Source: Lama guanicoe (lineage: Eukaryota). From it: a stretch of DNA of 64,000 nucleotides. The notes beneath the pieces are model-generated. The model was not told where the DNA came from. It did not search any database and worked only from the letters and a program-made list of their open reading frames with translations. The stretch covers positions 3,539,589-3,603,588 of the forward strand of contig MU053994.1 of NCBI GenBank assembly GCA_013239625.1, read 5' to 3'. Shown here in pieces: positions 1 through 13,305 of this stretch (positions are counted from its first letter, which is position 1; every line of letters begins with the position of its first letter). The position numbers and the translations under genes are program-made.

Positions 1-1859
1 AAGGATTCCAATTTTGCCATCTGCCAATAGATCATAAAACCACCTGAAGTTTTAGACTACACAGCAGCCACAGGTAGCTCCAGATGGTCTGAAAAACTTG
101 GGGACACTTGTTGCATGTGCTCTGCTCCACTTCCAACTGAGAACTCCCAACAATCTAAAACTGGAAGAGGGAAAAGAGCCTGCAACTGGTGCTTTCCAGA
201 GAAAGGGAGGAAAACAGATTTGAGACTAAGGCCCTCCAGCTGAAACAAATCTCCCCTGCTGAATGGCTGTTGGTTATTTGCTTTAACACAACGCTGATGA
301 GTCACTATGAAGTGACTTATAAGACAAATAAATGTTGGGAAGATTAAATAGAGCCTATCAAACCAAACAATATTTTTAAAGTAAAATTCATATAGTGGTC
401 ACTTAAAGATAAAACACTTTAAAATGTAAAACCAGCATAAATACCACTGTATAATAAAAATTACCACTAGTAATGTTTGCTTCATAGCAGTTTCTTAATA
501 TTAATCCCATATTTTCCATATAATACTTGGAAGCTGTTCACAGCCTTAAATAGTATTAGACTCAGTATTTCACTAATGGACCTAATGCTATGGCCCAGGA
601 AAAAGCACTAACTGCACTGAGAGAGGTCGATTTATTCCAGAGAAAGGCTTACATGAAACACACCATAATTCAAAGGACTGAGGAATTATCATAAAGAATT
701 TCCCAGCAGAAACTGGCAAAACAGATGGCGGTAAATCACACTTTCAAATTTGACAGTATCTGTAAAACTCTGCTTAATTCCTTCCTTGTTGGTATACCTT
801 TTATTAAATTAGTTACTGTTTATGTTTCCTAAGCTACTTAATAAACTACTTTAACTCACTCTTATTCAAATAGAGAGACCAGTGCCCCTTTATATCACCC
901 TTTGGGGCAGGGCCAGGGTTTTAAAGGGAGTTTCTTGACAAATACCCACTTCTTGCTAACTCTGTTCTTACCCAATTTCCCAGTTCGTTTTCTCCTTAGC
1001 GCGCGTGCATGCACGTGTGTGTAATATCCCACTCCATCCTCTACCTGCTCTGCCCCAACCCAAGAACAATACTGCCCTTTCCACTCCCAAGACTAGGCTA
1101 ATTGTTGAGAACTAGAAATGACACTTTTGATCAGTTGCTTTTAAGAAAGCACTTGCTCTACTAGCAAAAAACTGGCACATTATTTGAGGATTAAAAACAT
1201 CTATTTAGCTCTTATCATCATACTGAAAAATAAAATAAATTTCAGATAAATCAAGAAGTTAAATGTAAGAAACCAAAACAAAGAGACAGATGTGGGTGAA
1301 TTTCCACATGACTCCCAGGAAGGGAAGGACTTTCTAAGCATGAAAACAATTACAGAAATAACAAAGGGAAGGACTGACAGGTTGACTATGGTAGACACTC
1401 TCCTAATCAAGCTCCACTTAACCAATTTCACAGACTGACCCATTCCCCAACCCCTGTGTAGAAACCTAATGAATGCCCACAGCATACTGACTGCTCAAGG
1501 TGAACAGGCTACTGTGTGGTACACCTACCTATGAGCCCTACAAGTTAAGTTGCCTGTTTACCAAGAGTTATTTACATTTGTTCTCAGATTTGCCCCTCTT
1601 GATGCTAGTTCTGTACCTGTTACTATTCTTAATTATACGTTACATCCATTGAACGTGTGTGCAAAAACGTGTGTGGCTAGAGAGACCAGATAAAGGTGAC
1701 GCTGAATTAAATGTGGGTGACAAACCTGCAAAAGACTGGGGGGAATCTGTAAAATACCTGAAAGGATTCTGCATCAATTACAGTTCATTAAAGTATCACT
1801 TCATTTTAAAGCAACTAAAACTAGATGATGAGTTTTGGGTGAGATATAAAAAAGAAATA

Positions 1860-1983
1860 TTTTTTGTGGGGGGGTAATTAGATCTACTTATACGTTTTAT
1901 TTTTAGAGGGGGTACTGGGAATTGAACCCAAGCACTTGGATATGCTAAGCATGCTCTCTACCACTTGAGCTATAGCCTCCCTC
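1860..1983 (-). mobile_element. tRNA-derived SINE (camelid Vic-1-like)
   Basis: Reverse complement GGGAGGCTATAGCTCAAGTGGTAGAGAGCATGCTTAGCAT…GGGTTCAATTCCCAGTACC has A and B boxes and an A-rich tail. Confidence 0.85.
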
Positions 1984-2159
1984 CTATACCAGATTTAGAC
2001 TTATATTTTAAAAAAGCAGCCCAAGATAAAATGATTAGTTACTTAATGTGTATTCTGAAGCTTTCATGTGGAAGATACAAAGTTTAGGATACCCCTTCCT
2101 GTTAAACAGACCAGCTATGCGATCTAATCACACCAAATAAAGAGGCTTTTGTATGATTG

Positions 2160-2700
2160 TCAGTTTTCACATATCAAAACTCACTAGAAAAAGAATGACA
2201 AACTAAACTTGAAAATATGTGAAAGACAATGATAATAGGTTAGTATGTTTGATAAAGTTTAGATAAATTAACAAGAAAAACACGAGGCAACAAATAGGCA
2301 AATGGCCAATTTATGGAAGGAACACAAAAAATTGAACATGAGGAAAATAAATACTTTCATTGGTTACCAAAGACAAAACAGTTCAATGAGATAACATTTT
2401 TGCCAATCAGGTCAATAAAACTTAAGCAATTAGCATGTTCAATGTTGCCTAACGCACAATGTAACAGTTAGGGATACCATTTGCTGCTGAAAGAAGACAC
2501 TTTGGTAGAACCTTTCTAGAAATCAATCTGGCAACCTTTATCAAGACACTTAAAAATGTCTCTATCCTTTGACCAGGCAATTACATTTCTGGAACACCAC
2601 TCTTAGAAAATAATTCTGAAATCTGAATAAAGCTTTGGCGGTAAGATACCCTTCAAAGTGTTATTTATTATAATATTTTAAAATTTGAGGAAAAACCTTT
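2160..2700 (+). mobile_element. Old L1 fragment (L1ME-like, ORF2 3' region)
   Basis: Degenerate L1 motifs, e.g. aatcaatctggcaacctttatcaa…cctttgaccaggcaattacatttctgg. Confidence 0.6.
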
Positions 2701-4614
2701 CAACAAAAATTACTGTCAGGCACTCTAGATGAAGTAGTAAACAAAACAGTCCCAGCCCTCTTTGAGTTTAGAGCCTTTGGGGAAAAGGAAACAAATTAAA
2801 CAAGTAATTATCTGAAGTCCGACAACAGGGGAATTACCAAATAAATTATGAGACATCCAAATGATCAGATGATACACAGCCATCAGAAATCATTTATAAT
2901 GAATTATCAAGGACATGAAGAAGTACTTATACTAAATGAAAAGCTATCAAACTATAAATGGGCGTAAAAAGTATATTGAAAATCTGAATGGAAGGGGGAG
3001 GACTTTTGATGGCAGGTACTAGCAATCCCAGGTAAGACAAGTGGGTCTGTGGCATTTTAAACTTGGGGCTACTTTCATCCCCCTACTACAACTCTGTGTA
3101 ATTGATGCTCTGTGGACACTGACACCGTTTTTAAAGGGAGATGACCTGATTTGGAGCTCCAAGGGAAAGCCTCAAGCCTGCGGCATCGTTGAAAACAATA
3201 GGGATCATCAGCAAACAATCAAACATCACAGCTGCCTAAGCCTGCAATGCTGGTTGGGGCCAACAAGACCTCAGCCAAACCTGTAAAAGGAAGCTTTAAG
3301 GAATGAGTCAGCCATAGCGGGCTGAAAGCTCTGACATATTCTTGGGGTTCTAGAAGGTTGAACGCATGTGAGCCCCTGCATTAGATGCACTGTGGATAAA
3401 GAATATGCAAGGATCAAGGAACGTGGAGGGCTTCCCAACTTATCCATCAGAAAGATTTCACTATTTGGTTTGAAATTTGTGCACAAGAAAGTAAAAGCCA
3501 AGGTAGACTAGTAAACTGCCTGAACTGTGAAGGCGTGGGTTGGGGCACACATTCAAAGTCCATGCATTTAATAAACCTACTACACTCCAGAGATGATGTA
3601 AGTTTTACAGATTTAAAATCCCTCATTCCTGCCTTTGAGAAGCTCATATTCTAATGGTGGAAGCAGATGTCCAAGTAATTAGAAATCCAATAAAAAGAGA
3701 GGGTTTCAAAAGAAGGAGGGCCTCTTGATTAAACTGAATATAAACATTATTAACCTCCCTTTAGAAGCTGTGAGAGTGAAAAATTAGAAAAGACATAAAC
3801 CAACAATACAAAGAAAGTGGGAGAGAATCCGACAGCAGAAGAGAGAGGTCCACCAAATTTTAGATAAAAAGCATCTGAAAAAGAGGTAACCAACTTGGCT
3901 GCACCGTTTTTCTTTCTACCAAGTACCTCCAGTGGGGGAATCTAAACTGAAGCTAGTTCATTCCTGAGGGCCCTGGAAAAGCTCAAGAACTGATGCGTCC
4001 AGGAGCATTTGAAGGAAATAGGAATTTAATTTTATAAGGGAGGGGGTGGTGGTGAAATATCCTTTAAAAGAGCAGTAAGACTCTCAGATTCTTTCTTTTC
4101 ATCCTCAGCATCAGGTAACTGCCTTTTCTCCACACAGCAGAAGACTTCAGTTACTCTCTGGAGAGACTGAACCAAAGAGTCCCTAATTCAGAGACACTGG
4201 CCATACCTGACAACAGAAGTGGGATGCTTTACTGAAAACAAGGAGTAAGTAAAAACCTGCATAGCCAGTGGTGAAAGATCCAGCCCTTTCCAGGCTGGGC
4301 ATCTAAATGCTAGATTTGAGCTTCTTACCCCCAAATTCCCCAATAAGAGATTCAAGGAGTCTGAAGTAGAAAAAGTGACTGGCTTAAGGGGGGAAAAACC
4401 CATCTCAGTTAGTTCCTCATAAATACCCAGGTTTCCCCCAAACACACCACAGGGAAGACCAAGCGTCAACAAGCTTCACTCATGTAGAGTTTCCAATCAA
4501 CTTTCCCTTAGCAGAAACAATTTGCTCAAGACGCTTGAGGAATAATACCTCCAGAAAGACACATACCAAGGCGAAGGAATGAGAAAAGAAAATCAGAGAA
4601 AACAGACCAGATGG

Positions 4615-5437
4615 GGAAGATATAATTCACATACCATGAAGTTCAACCTTTTAAAATATACAATTCGGTGTTTTTTTAGTATACTCACAAAGGTGTGTGT
4701 TGATCAGTAAGCACTAATTTCAGAACATTTTAATAATCTCAGAAACTCTACACCCATTAGCAGTCACCCCCTGTTCTCTCCTCCCCTCAGCCCCTGGCAA
4801 CCACTAATCTAGTTTCTGTCTTGATTGATTCGCCTATTCTGGACTTTTCATATAAATGAAATCATACAATGTGCAGTCTTTTCCGTCTGGCTTCTATCAC
4901 TTAGCATAATGTTTTCAAGGCTCACCCTTGTGGTCGCATGTATCACCACTTCATTTCTCATTTCTTTTATGACCAAATAATATTTTGTTGTATACAACTA
5001 CCGTATTTTGTTTAACCATTCATCAGTCAAAGGACATCTGGGTTGTTTCCACCTTTTGTCTATTATGAATAATGCTCCTATGGACATTGTGTACAAGTTT
5101 TTGTATGAATATATGTTTACAGTTTCCTGGGTACATACCTAGGAGTAGAACTGCTGGGTTGTAGAAACTATATTTAACTTCTGGAGGAACTGCAAGTGTG
5201 TTTTCCACAGTGGCTGCACTATTTTACATTTCCATCAGCAATAGACTAGAGATCCAATTTCTCCACATCCTCACCAGCATTTGTTATTGTCTGTCTTTTT
5301 GCTTCTAGCCATCTCAGTGCATGTGTTATCTCATCGTGGTTTTGGTTTGCACTTCCCTAATGACTAATGATGTTGCGCACCTTTTCATGTGTTTATCAGC
5401 GATTTGTGTATCTTCTTTGGGGGAAATGTCTATTCAG
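4615..5437 (-). mobile_element. L1 (L1MB/MC-like) 3' end, 5'-truncated
   Basis: Typical antisense L1 3'UTR/ORF2 end: cccctggcaaccactaatctagtttctgtc, ggacatctgggttgtttccacctttt, ttttccacagtggctgcactattttacatttcc. Confidence 0.9.
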
Positions 5438-5439
5438 TG

Positions 5440-5505
5440 AATTTTAAATTTTATTTAACTTTGAATAGCCACATCTGGCCAGTGGCTACAGTATTAGGCA
5501 AATGG
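5440..5505. mobile_element. hAT-Charlie MER3/MER33-like terminal fragment
   Basis: tttgaatagccacatctggccagtggctacagtattagg resembles the MER3 end. Confidence 0.6.
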
Positions 5506-5714
5506 CTGGATTTAGCATCTGATCCTTTACCTTTACTCAAGGTCAGGTGGGACTGGCTAGGTGACTGAAGGTCAAGCACAGCTTTATAACTCACCCGGAA
5601 TGCCCCAGGAGTAAGGCAGCAAGGAGAAAGGAAAGGGAAACCGGTCCAACACCTGGAAGGAAGATGTACTTGGCACAGAGCCTGGCTCTTAAAATCTACT
5701 GTTGATGATGAAAG

Positions 5715-5880
5715 CAACTCATGTTTATTGAGCACTTGCAAGGTGCCAGGAACTATGCTTTATATCCACTGTCTCATTTAATCCTTATAACAATCCCATC
5801 AGGTAGATTCTACTATCCCCATTTTACAAAGGAGGAAGTAGCTTTAGACAGATCAGGTAATCAAGTCTTAGTAATTTTAC
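5715..5880 (-). mobile_element. MIR SINE
   Basis: tttattgagcacttgcaaggtgccagg…ctcatttaatcc…ccccattttacaaaggaggaa (MIR core). Confidence 0.8.
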
Positions 5881-8155
5881 TCATCATAAAATCCTCCATT
5901 CCATTTCAACCTTAGAAATGTCTTCATCTGGTTTAATTATAACAATGATCTGACAGCTCTCAATAGGAAAGCTAAGTGTTATTCAGGATTCCATCATTAT
6001 GTTCAGCATATACTGTACAATTCTGTATCTGCTAACCTACCTCAAAGGAACATTATGAGAATTAGATGGTTTCTGAAGCAGCAAAATACTAGCACTAAAT
6101 GAAAATCTGAACTCCTGACTTTGTACATTATGGGTCAGATTTTATCTTTTCTAATGTGTTCAGCTACGTCCTCCCCTTCTTTGAACTGGTTCAACAACTA
6201 TATAATGAACATTGACTATATGCCAGATGCTGTCCTAGGTGTAGAGATAAAGCAGTGACTATGACAGCCATGAATCCTGGCCTAATGAAGCTTAAAAGAT
6301 ATATTAAAGAAATAGATGGTTTTAAAAATACACAAGCTCCAATAAGTTTATATCACATGGAGGCCTTGTTGCAGTGTCTATTTCATAATGAACCTTATTC
6401 CTGCAGCATAAGTACCCTTAAATGACACTCTCTGCCTACTAAGAAATTCTAAGTCTGAACATTATAGCCTTTAAAATGGCTTAAAATCCACACATTTGGC
6501 AGAACTCGTCTACAGCAGTTGCTTCTAGGGAAGTAGCACCCAGCTCCCAAGCACAGCCAGCTGCCAAGGAATAAAAGGAATTATTAAAGCTTACCTCCAG
6601 CTCCTCAGGGCTGTCCCAGACTCCTATGCTCACGAGGGGAGGATAACACAGCCAGAGTCACCAGAGCACTTCTCTTGCCTAAAGTGTGGCGTGATCTCCC
6701 AAGCTTTCATCACCACCCACCCCTGGCCCGTATTTCAGGTAGATAAAACAGAAATGATGAGGTTGTTCAGATGACTCGTGTGGGTGGCTATTGTGCTGAC
6801 TGGGTTACAGTAAGGCTGTAGAACACTGCTCCCTTTGAAAGAGTTCACATTTTATTCATTGCTATAAGTAACAATTTAGTTTTTAAAACACTGCATTTCC
6901 ACACTATATTGTACAAAACAGTAAAGCTCAAATTCTCCTGTTCGTGGGTTGCTTTTGGCAACAGACCTAAGTAACCACACTCTGAGGGCTGGCCTTTGCC
7001 TGACCCTCTCTCATTGTACTTTGCCGCTGGGATGAGTAAGCAGGGCAAAAGGGATGAATTAAGTTGATTGGGAAAGCCTAAATGAAAGGTCTAACTCAAT
7101 CTTTTCCAGTTTCAAGCTCACTATTTTCCCGTGTCTTACCCAGCATCCCCTACACGAAAGCAGTCAACCCAAGCTGACTGGAAGAAATCATGGACCCAAC
7201 AAACTCACCAATAATACAGCTCAGTATCATTTGACCGAGTTATGTTTCCTAACTTAAAACATCAGTCATGCACAACCAGGGAATCACAGCTGCAAAAACA
7301 CTTTTGCATGATCTACTGTGAGAACTAAGGGAGACTGTGAGAAGGACTTTTGTCTTTAAAAGCGATTACATGTCCTTCAGCGGTGTAGGTAGACAGTAAG
7401 ATACCAAGTGCATTAGTAAGAACGTTGAAAAATCAGTTCTTGTATTTTATATGATGCTGATCAGCAATTACCTTAAAATTCGGGAGCAAGTACAAAAGAA
7501 TATCGAGAGTGCATTATGATATTCCAACTGAGGATAGAAATAGCCATCCTCGGTTATGGGAAGGCTAACGAAAACTCGTCCAGTAAACATTCTAAGATTA
7601 CCCACAATATTCGGTATCTACATGATTGTAAACATCCTTGTGAAGTACAAGTAACCATAGCACCCCAGGCCAAGGATAAACATTTTCCAGGTGGGATGGT
7701 GCTATTTCAATGGCTTAGAGTACGCCAAAAAGCTTCCATGAATTCCTAAACTTAGCAGTCACAAGGTGGGTTTTCTCTTGGGGAATAAAAAGACAAAAAG
7801 AATTGGGAGAAATGAAGACTATAATAGATAATTAAGTTAGGTTACACTAGAGTACAGAAAAATCAAGGACATACCAGTGCAAAGTCAGTGAGGAAATGTC
7901 ACAGAATTGTTAAACAGGCTACCTCTATTACCAAACATAGAAGGAAAGGGCACAGTAGTATATTACTTTCATTCACAAGTCTCTAATCCCTGAGTAATAA
8001 TTTGATATCAGAGAGAGGAAAGGGTTTATAGAAATAATACGGTCAGGTTAAAGGCAAAAAAATACCTTTTTTTAAAAAAAAATTTACCTATTGATTTCAG
8101 ATACTTGCAGCTCAATATTATGGGCAAGAAAACAGTACTAAGGCTTCAGCTTGAG

Positions 8156-8373
8156 CAGGGATCAGCAAACCTTCTGTGTTTAGGGTGCGAAAGCAAATAT
8201 TTCAGGCTTTCCAGGTCATGTGGTCTCTGCTACAACTACTCAACTCTGCCCTTGTAATGTGAAAGCAGCTAGACATTATTTAAATGAATGAGTGTGGCTG
8301 TATTCCAGAACAACTTTATTTACAAAAACACAATGGGCTGATTTCGCCCATGGGCCATATTTTATTGAGCCCT
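8156..8373. mobile_element. MER58A-like hAT-Charlie MITE
   Basis: Terminal inverted repeats CAGGGATCAGCAAAC … GAGCCCTG; internal actactcaactctgcc…gtgtggctgtattcc. Confidence 0.8.
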
Positions 8374-8390
8374 GATATAGAGTTCTAAAT

Positions 8391-8576
8391 CAATGGTTCT
8401 CTAACTTTAGTGTGCCTTAGAATCCCATGGAGGGCTGTTAAAATAGAGACTGCTGGGCCCCACCCCCAGAGCTTCTGATCTATAGGGCTGGGGCCTGAGA
8501 ATCTGCATTTCTAATAAATTCCCAGGTGATACTACTGTTGCTGGTCAGGATGAGGTCCACGCTTTGAGAACCACTG
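8391..8576. mobile_element. MER5A hAT-Charlie MITE
   Basis: CAATGGTTCTC … TTTGAGAACCACTG inverted termini; gggcctgagaatctgcatttctaa. Confidence 0.88.
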
Positions 8577-11316
8577 CTCCAGACTTCACTACTAAACAGG
8601 AAGTTCAACATTTTAAGTAAGCTGCCGAAGTTCACACCAGATTGGCCACAAAAATTTGTCCATTGTGGTAAGTTCCAAACTTCAACGTTGAAATAAAATT
8701 AAGTAATTTAAAGAAAAGCAAAGGGGAAACACACTAGTCAGGATTTTTTCTTCACTTTGACTTCAGTGTAAACATTACCTCTTCAGTAAAATATACACAA
8801 TTCACCCTCAAATCTCTTTATGCAACATTTTCACCTAACACGTTCTTAGCCCTATAAAGATTTGAGAAGTATTAAGCTCTAGAAATCAAACTAGAAAATA
8901 AAATCAGCTTTAAAGATAACAGTAAATAATTCTTGCAAAATCAAAGAATATTTAACAAACTCCATTTCTAATTAGAAGTGCTTCATTTCAATAAAATCAA
9001 AATAATATATGTAAGGTAGTTTAAGACTTTTGAAGAATTATGTCATATCATCTTCATAACACTCAAATGAGGTAAATAATACCTTTACTAACCTTTACTA
9101 TCCTTCTTTTACAAGACGAAGAAAAAAAAAACCAAGTGATGATCTGTCACAATTAAAATTTTTCCTTAAAATACAATTTTTCATAGTAAGTTTTAAACTG
9201 CACTTATCAAATCTAACTTATACATCTCTTTTCAGGACTATGTCTATGAATGTATGTCTTCATGGGGAAAAATACCATTCTAATGAGATTTTCAAGTCCA
9301 TATTCACATTCATGGGCCAAATTCTGAAGTCACCCAGGGAACTCTAACCAAGAAACCTGAACTTTAATCAGATGGCAATTTAAAGCACACTCGACCTTTA
9401 GTGCAAGTGGGTCACAGATTATGGAAGTGTGGTGATCCCTTCCAGCAGTACAATAGTAACACTCAGCAATGGGAGAAATACTATTAATGTAGATAATCCA
9501 AAAAGTAAAGCAGCAAGCCTCAAATCTCCCTCTCTAGATTCCCAGGCTGTTTCTGCAATGATGATAATCAAAGTGTATTCATGTGAATAGATATTTATAT
9601 AAATCATTTTTACATCTATTATAAGAGGGAAATATTTTTAAAAAGAAAGAAGAAAAAAGGAAAGAAATATAATCTACAATATGTATGGTCAGCAGAGGTT
9701 TTCTCCATTCTTATTAGCATGCTTTTAAAAGTATTACATGTTGATTATAATGTGAGATAATTACATTCTCACTCTAACCTGTGATCTGAATACTCCAGTA
9801 CTAACTTTTAAAAATTTACATGAAATATAATTAAAGTCCTTAGTGAAAATGCCTTCTTGTTTGTTTTATAAGTATGTAATTATTTTACAAGTGACTAAAT
9901 TAAAGAAAAAAATTATTTATTAAAAACAACTTCAAATTCAATTCCAGATATTACTGCTGGGACAAAAACTCAGTTAAGACATTAAGTCTAAGATGACCAT
10001 TAAAGATTCTATATAAATAAAAGCTAACTATTCTGCTTCTGAACTAATAGCTCAGATGGAATTCAGCAAAGACTTCTAGCCTAAATAATGCAATGTAAGT
10101 AATACTGTCCACGTATTATCATAGAAAAAGATGCCTTTTACTGTCCTCTGAAGCCAACCTAAAAAGTATTTTCATCAAATTAAGTGGTCTGAATAGATTC
10201 CAACATGATCATTCTTCCACTTGACAATATAACCTGATCTAGTAGATGAAATGCTGTTCTGTAAATTTAGGTAATTTAGATTCAGTGCCTAATCATATCA
10301 GAGACTACAACTTTAGAATCTTTCCACTTCATTTTGCTTGCTGGTAAGATGTGGACACTGCTGCCATAATAAAATTTGGGGAAGTTACATAAAAGAACAC
10401 TATAATACCCATAAATCCTATATATGGCTGACTCCTAAATACATATGCTGGGAATCTCCTTGTCTGAGTTTTGAAATTTCACATTATGAATAATTAATTC
10501 ATCTGTCACATGCCCAAATGCAAAGACAAAAAGCTATGATACTAAATTCCCTCCTTTAACATAATCTTTGGAGCTTTCATAACACTGCAAAATTACAGTC
10601 TAGAACAGTCTTGCAAACAAATTATGTAAATCTATAAGGTCAAAGAATACCATCTTTCCTATGTACATTAGAGGCAATAACAGTTTTTTTCAAAGCCACA
10701 AAGCATTCTACATACTGTTATCTACTACTGCAAAATATATTGAGTAAAATGGATTTCAGACACAAAATAGAACTTGAAGTTTTATTTACACCACACACAC
10801 ACACCCCCCCAATCCCAAACAATGACACTAGCAAAGGCTCTTAGGAAAGTCATAAAATATACATAGATGGCACATTTAGCTAGTGATGTTTCACCTAACT
10901 TTATTAAAGCTAATACTTTAAATAATCTTCCATTTCTGATAATTTCTAGTATGTTCTCAACTCTGCTTTCATCCATTATACAGGCAATAAGCAAGAATGA
11001 AGGAAATACTTTTTTTCAGGCACTCCACATTTATATTGCTTCCAGTGAGACAAGCTTAGAAGAATTTTGATGGGTTTCTTCCCTTTCACCTAAGATCAAA
11101 AAGAGAATCCAAAAGCAGGAAAAAAAAGACTAAATACAGTATTTCCCCACTTAACAGTGAAAACAGTTCAGTGGACCAATTATAATGTCTTTATAGTTTG
11201 CAGAAACAACCTGCTCACTATGCGGCTATTAAAACCACTGAAAGGACATCTCAATCTTGAGGGTGAACAAGAATGGGAACTGGACAACAAGCTCCAGTTT
11301 CATCTTTAATCTACAA

Positions 11317-11519
11317 CAGGATCAGCAAACTACAGCCAAATCTAGGCCACCACCTACTTTTGTAAATAAAGTTTTATTGGAACACAGCCACACTCATTTG
11401 TTTTTGTACTGCTGTCTTCACACGACAACGGCAAGAGTTGAGTAGCTGTGACAGATGTTGTCTGGCTCGTCAAGCCTAAAATATTTACTAACTAGTACTT
11501 TAGAGTTTGCCAACCCTTG
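11317..11519. mobile_element. MER58A-like hAT-Charlie MITE with 8-bp TSD
   Basis: CAGGATCAGCAAAC … GTTTGCCAACCCTTG termini. TSD ATCTACAA (11309-11316) / GTCTACAA (11520-11527). Opposite orientation to the 8156 copy. Confidence 0.88.
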
Positions 11520-11684
11520 GTCTACAATATCTAAAATTGTTGAAAATCAGCATAAAAAGGCCTGAGATAAAAGGCTGACCAACAACCAACCCATAAAAAT
11601 TGCTTTAATTTATGTCACAGTGTGTTGAACAGACTCTACGGGCAAACTCTGATAGCACCCACCTGATTTAAAAGCATTCCAACC

Positions 11685-12226
11685 CTCACAGACATGTAAA
11701 ATGGTACAGAGGTACCATCTGACCCAGCAATTCCACTCCTAGGTAAATACCCAAGAGAAATGAAAACAAAACTTGTACATGAATGTCCACAGTAGGATTA
11801 TCCACCCAAATGACCTACCAATTGAGAACAATGTGGAACAACAAATGTGGTCTAGCCACACAGTGGGTATTATTGGGCCTTAAAAAAGAATGAGGTTCTG
11901 ATACATCTACAACATGGATATACCCTGAAAACATTATTCTTAGAAAAAGAAGCCAGTCACAAAAGGCCATATGTTGCATGATTTCATTTGCATGAAATGT
12001 CTAGAATAGGCACATCTATAGAGAAAGAAGTAAGTTAGTCATTACCCAGGGTAGGGAGAGCTAAAGTATACAGGATTTCTTTTGGGGGTGATGAAAATGT
12101 TCAAACTTTTACTATGATGACAGTGCACAACTCTGAGTATACTAAAAACCACTGAATTGTACACTTTACATGGGCGAACCGTATGGTATGTGAATTATAT
12201 CTCAGTAAAACTGTTACCAAAAAAAG
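11685..12226 (+). mobile_element. L1 (L1MB-like) 3' end
   Basis: gacccagcaattccactcctaggtaaatacccaagagaaatgaaaac … gtgaattatatctcagtaaaactgtt plus A tail. Confidence 0.9.
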
Positions 12227-12319
12227 GCGTTCTACTAATCTGCTAAAACATCCAAAATCAGAATATTAGAGTCTTATATTTAGAATACCCCTTAAAAGAC
12301 AACCAGCCTGCTTATACTG

Positions 12320-12550
12320 AAGAGCAGGCATTTAGACAGGTCGCATGTACCCAGGTACGAATCCCCAGGCTGCCATTTATTACTGCCACTTTGCCCAGGG
12401 CAAGTTACTAATCTCCTTCCTCAGTGTCCTCATCTGTAAAAATGGGGGGTGGGGTTGACTACCTCAAAGGGAATGGTTGTGGCCAAGGTTAAATTAGAAA
12501 AATACAAATAATTTAACACCATGTTCAGCACATAATGAGCACTCAAACCA
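12320..12550 (+). mobile_element. MIR SINE
   Basis: gggcaagttactaatctcc…ctcagtgtcctcatctgtaaaaatggg. Confidence 0.78.
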
Positions 12551-13169
12551 TGGATTTTGAGAACAACAAATTCCTACAGTTGTCCCTGAAAAGTGTAGCT
12601 TAATATACTTACTGTTTAAATTTCTTATAATATATGTTACCTGTGTCACTAAAACTAAAATAGTAGCTATGAACCTAAAACTGCTCTAAAAATAAGGTTT
12701 ATTAATTTAAAAAATAAAATAGGATGAACATTTTTTTAAAACGTTAAGATTTCTTTAATTTTCCCTACCTGTATTCCTCTACTCCTTTTTCTAAATGAGA
12801 TGACAGGCCTAAAAGATTAAATCAGTTACTTAGGAAGACTGACAAAACATTCAAGCCCCAACCTCCTCTGTAAAGATTTCCCCAACTTCCTTCTCCTACT
12901 AGGTGGTCACAGTTTCTGGACTACTCACTTAACACACACTCCTTCAACAACTCCTGACTGAGTACTTACTATGTGCCAGTTGCCGAGTTATGCTGAGGTT
13001 ACCAGGTGAACAAGTCAGATGGGACCCTGGCCTTAACAGGACTTAAATTTAGTTAGATTAGATTTTAACTATTTGTCAACTTCCCTCATGGACAGAGAGC
13101 TTCTTGTGGCAAGACAACCAGGGTATTTGATGAATAATGATAATGGCAATTAAAATAACAACCTTTAGA

Positions 13170-13305
13170 TATTTTACATAGATCATGTTATTCAATTCTC
13201 ACAATACCCCTGCAAGATATATGCTATCACCCTCATTTTACATATAGAGAAACTGAGGCTCAGAGAGGTTAATTAACTTGTCTAGGATTGCACAGCTAGA
13301 AATGA
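13170..13305 (-). mobile_element. MIR SINE (flanked by L2-like fragments at ~12935-13050)
   Basis: ctcattttacatatagagaaactgaggctcagagaggttaattaacttgtc. Confidence 0.8.

Noticed and set aside
3750..4610. Possible 5' region of an ancient L1
   Set aside because: Resemblance too weak to call by eye; needs a Dfam search.
7627..7640. 14-nt identity to the 5' part of miR-30e (TGTAAACATCCTTG)
   Set aside because: The match stops at 14 nt, no hairpin partner arm was seen and the site is intronic; best explained as chance overlap with a forkhead motif.
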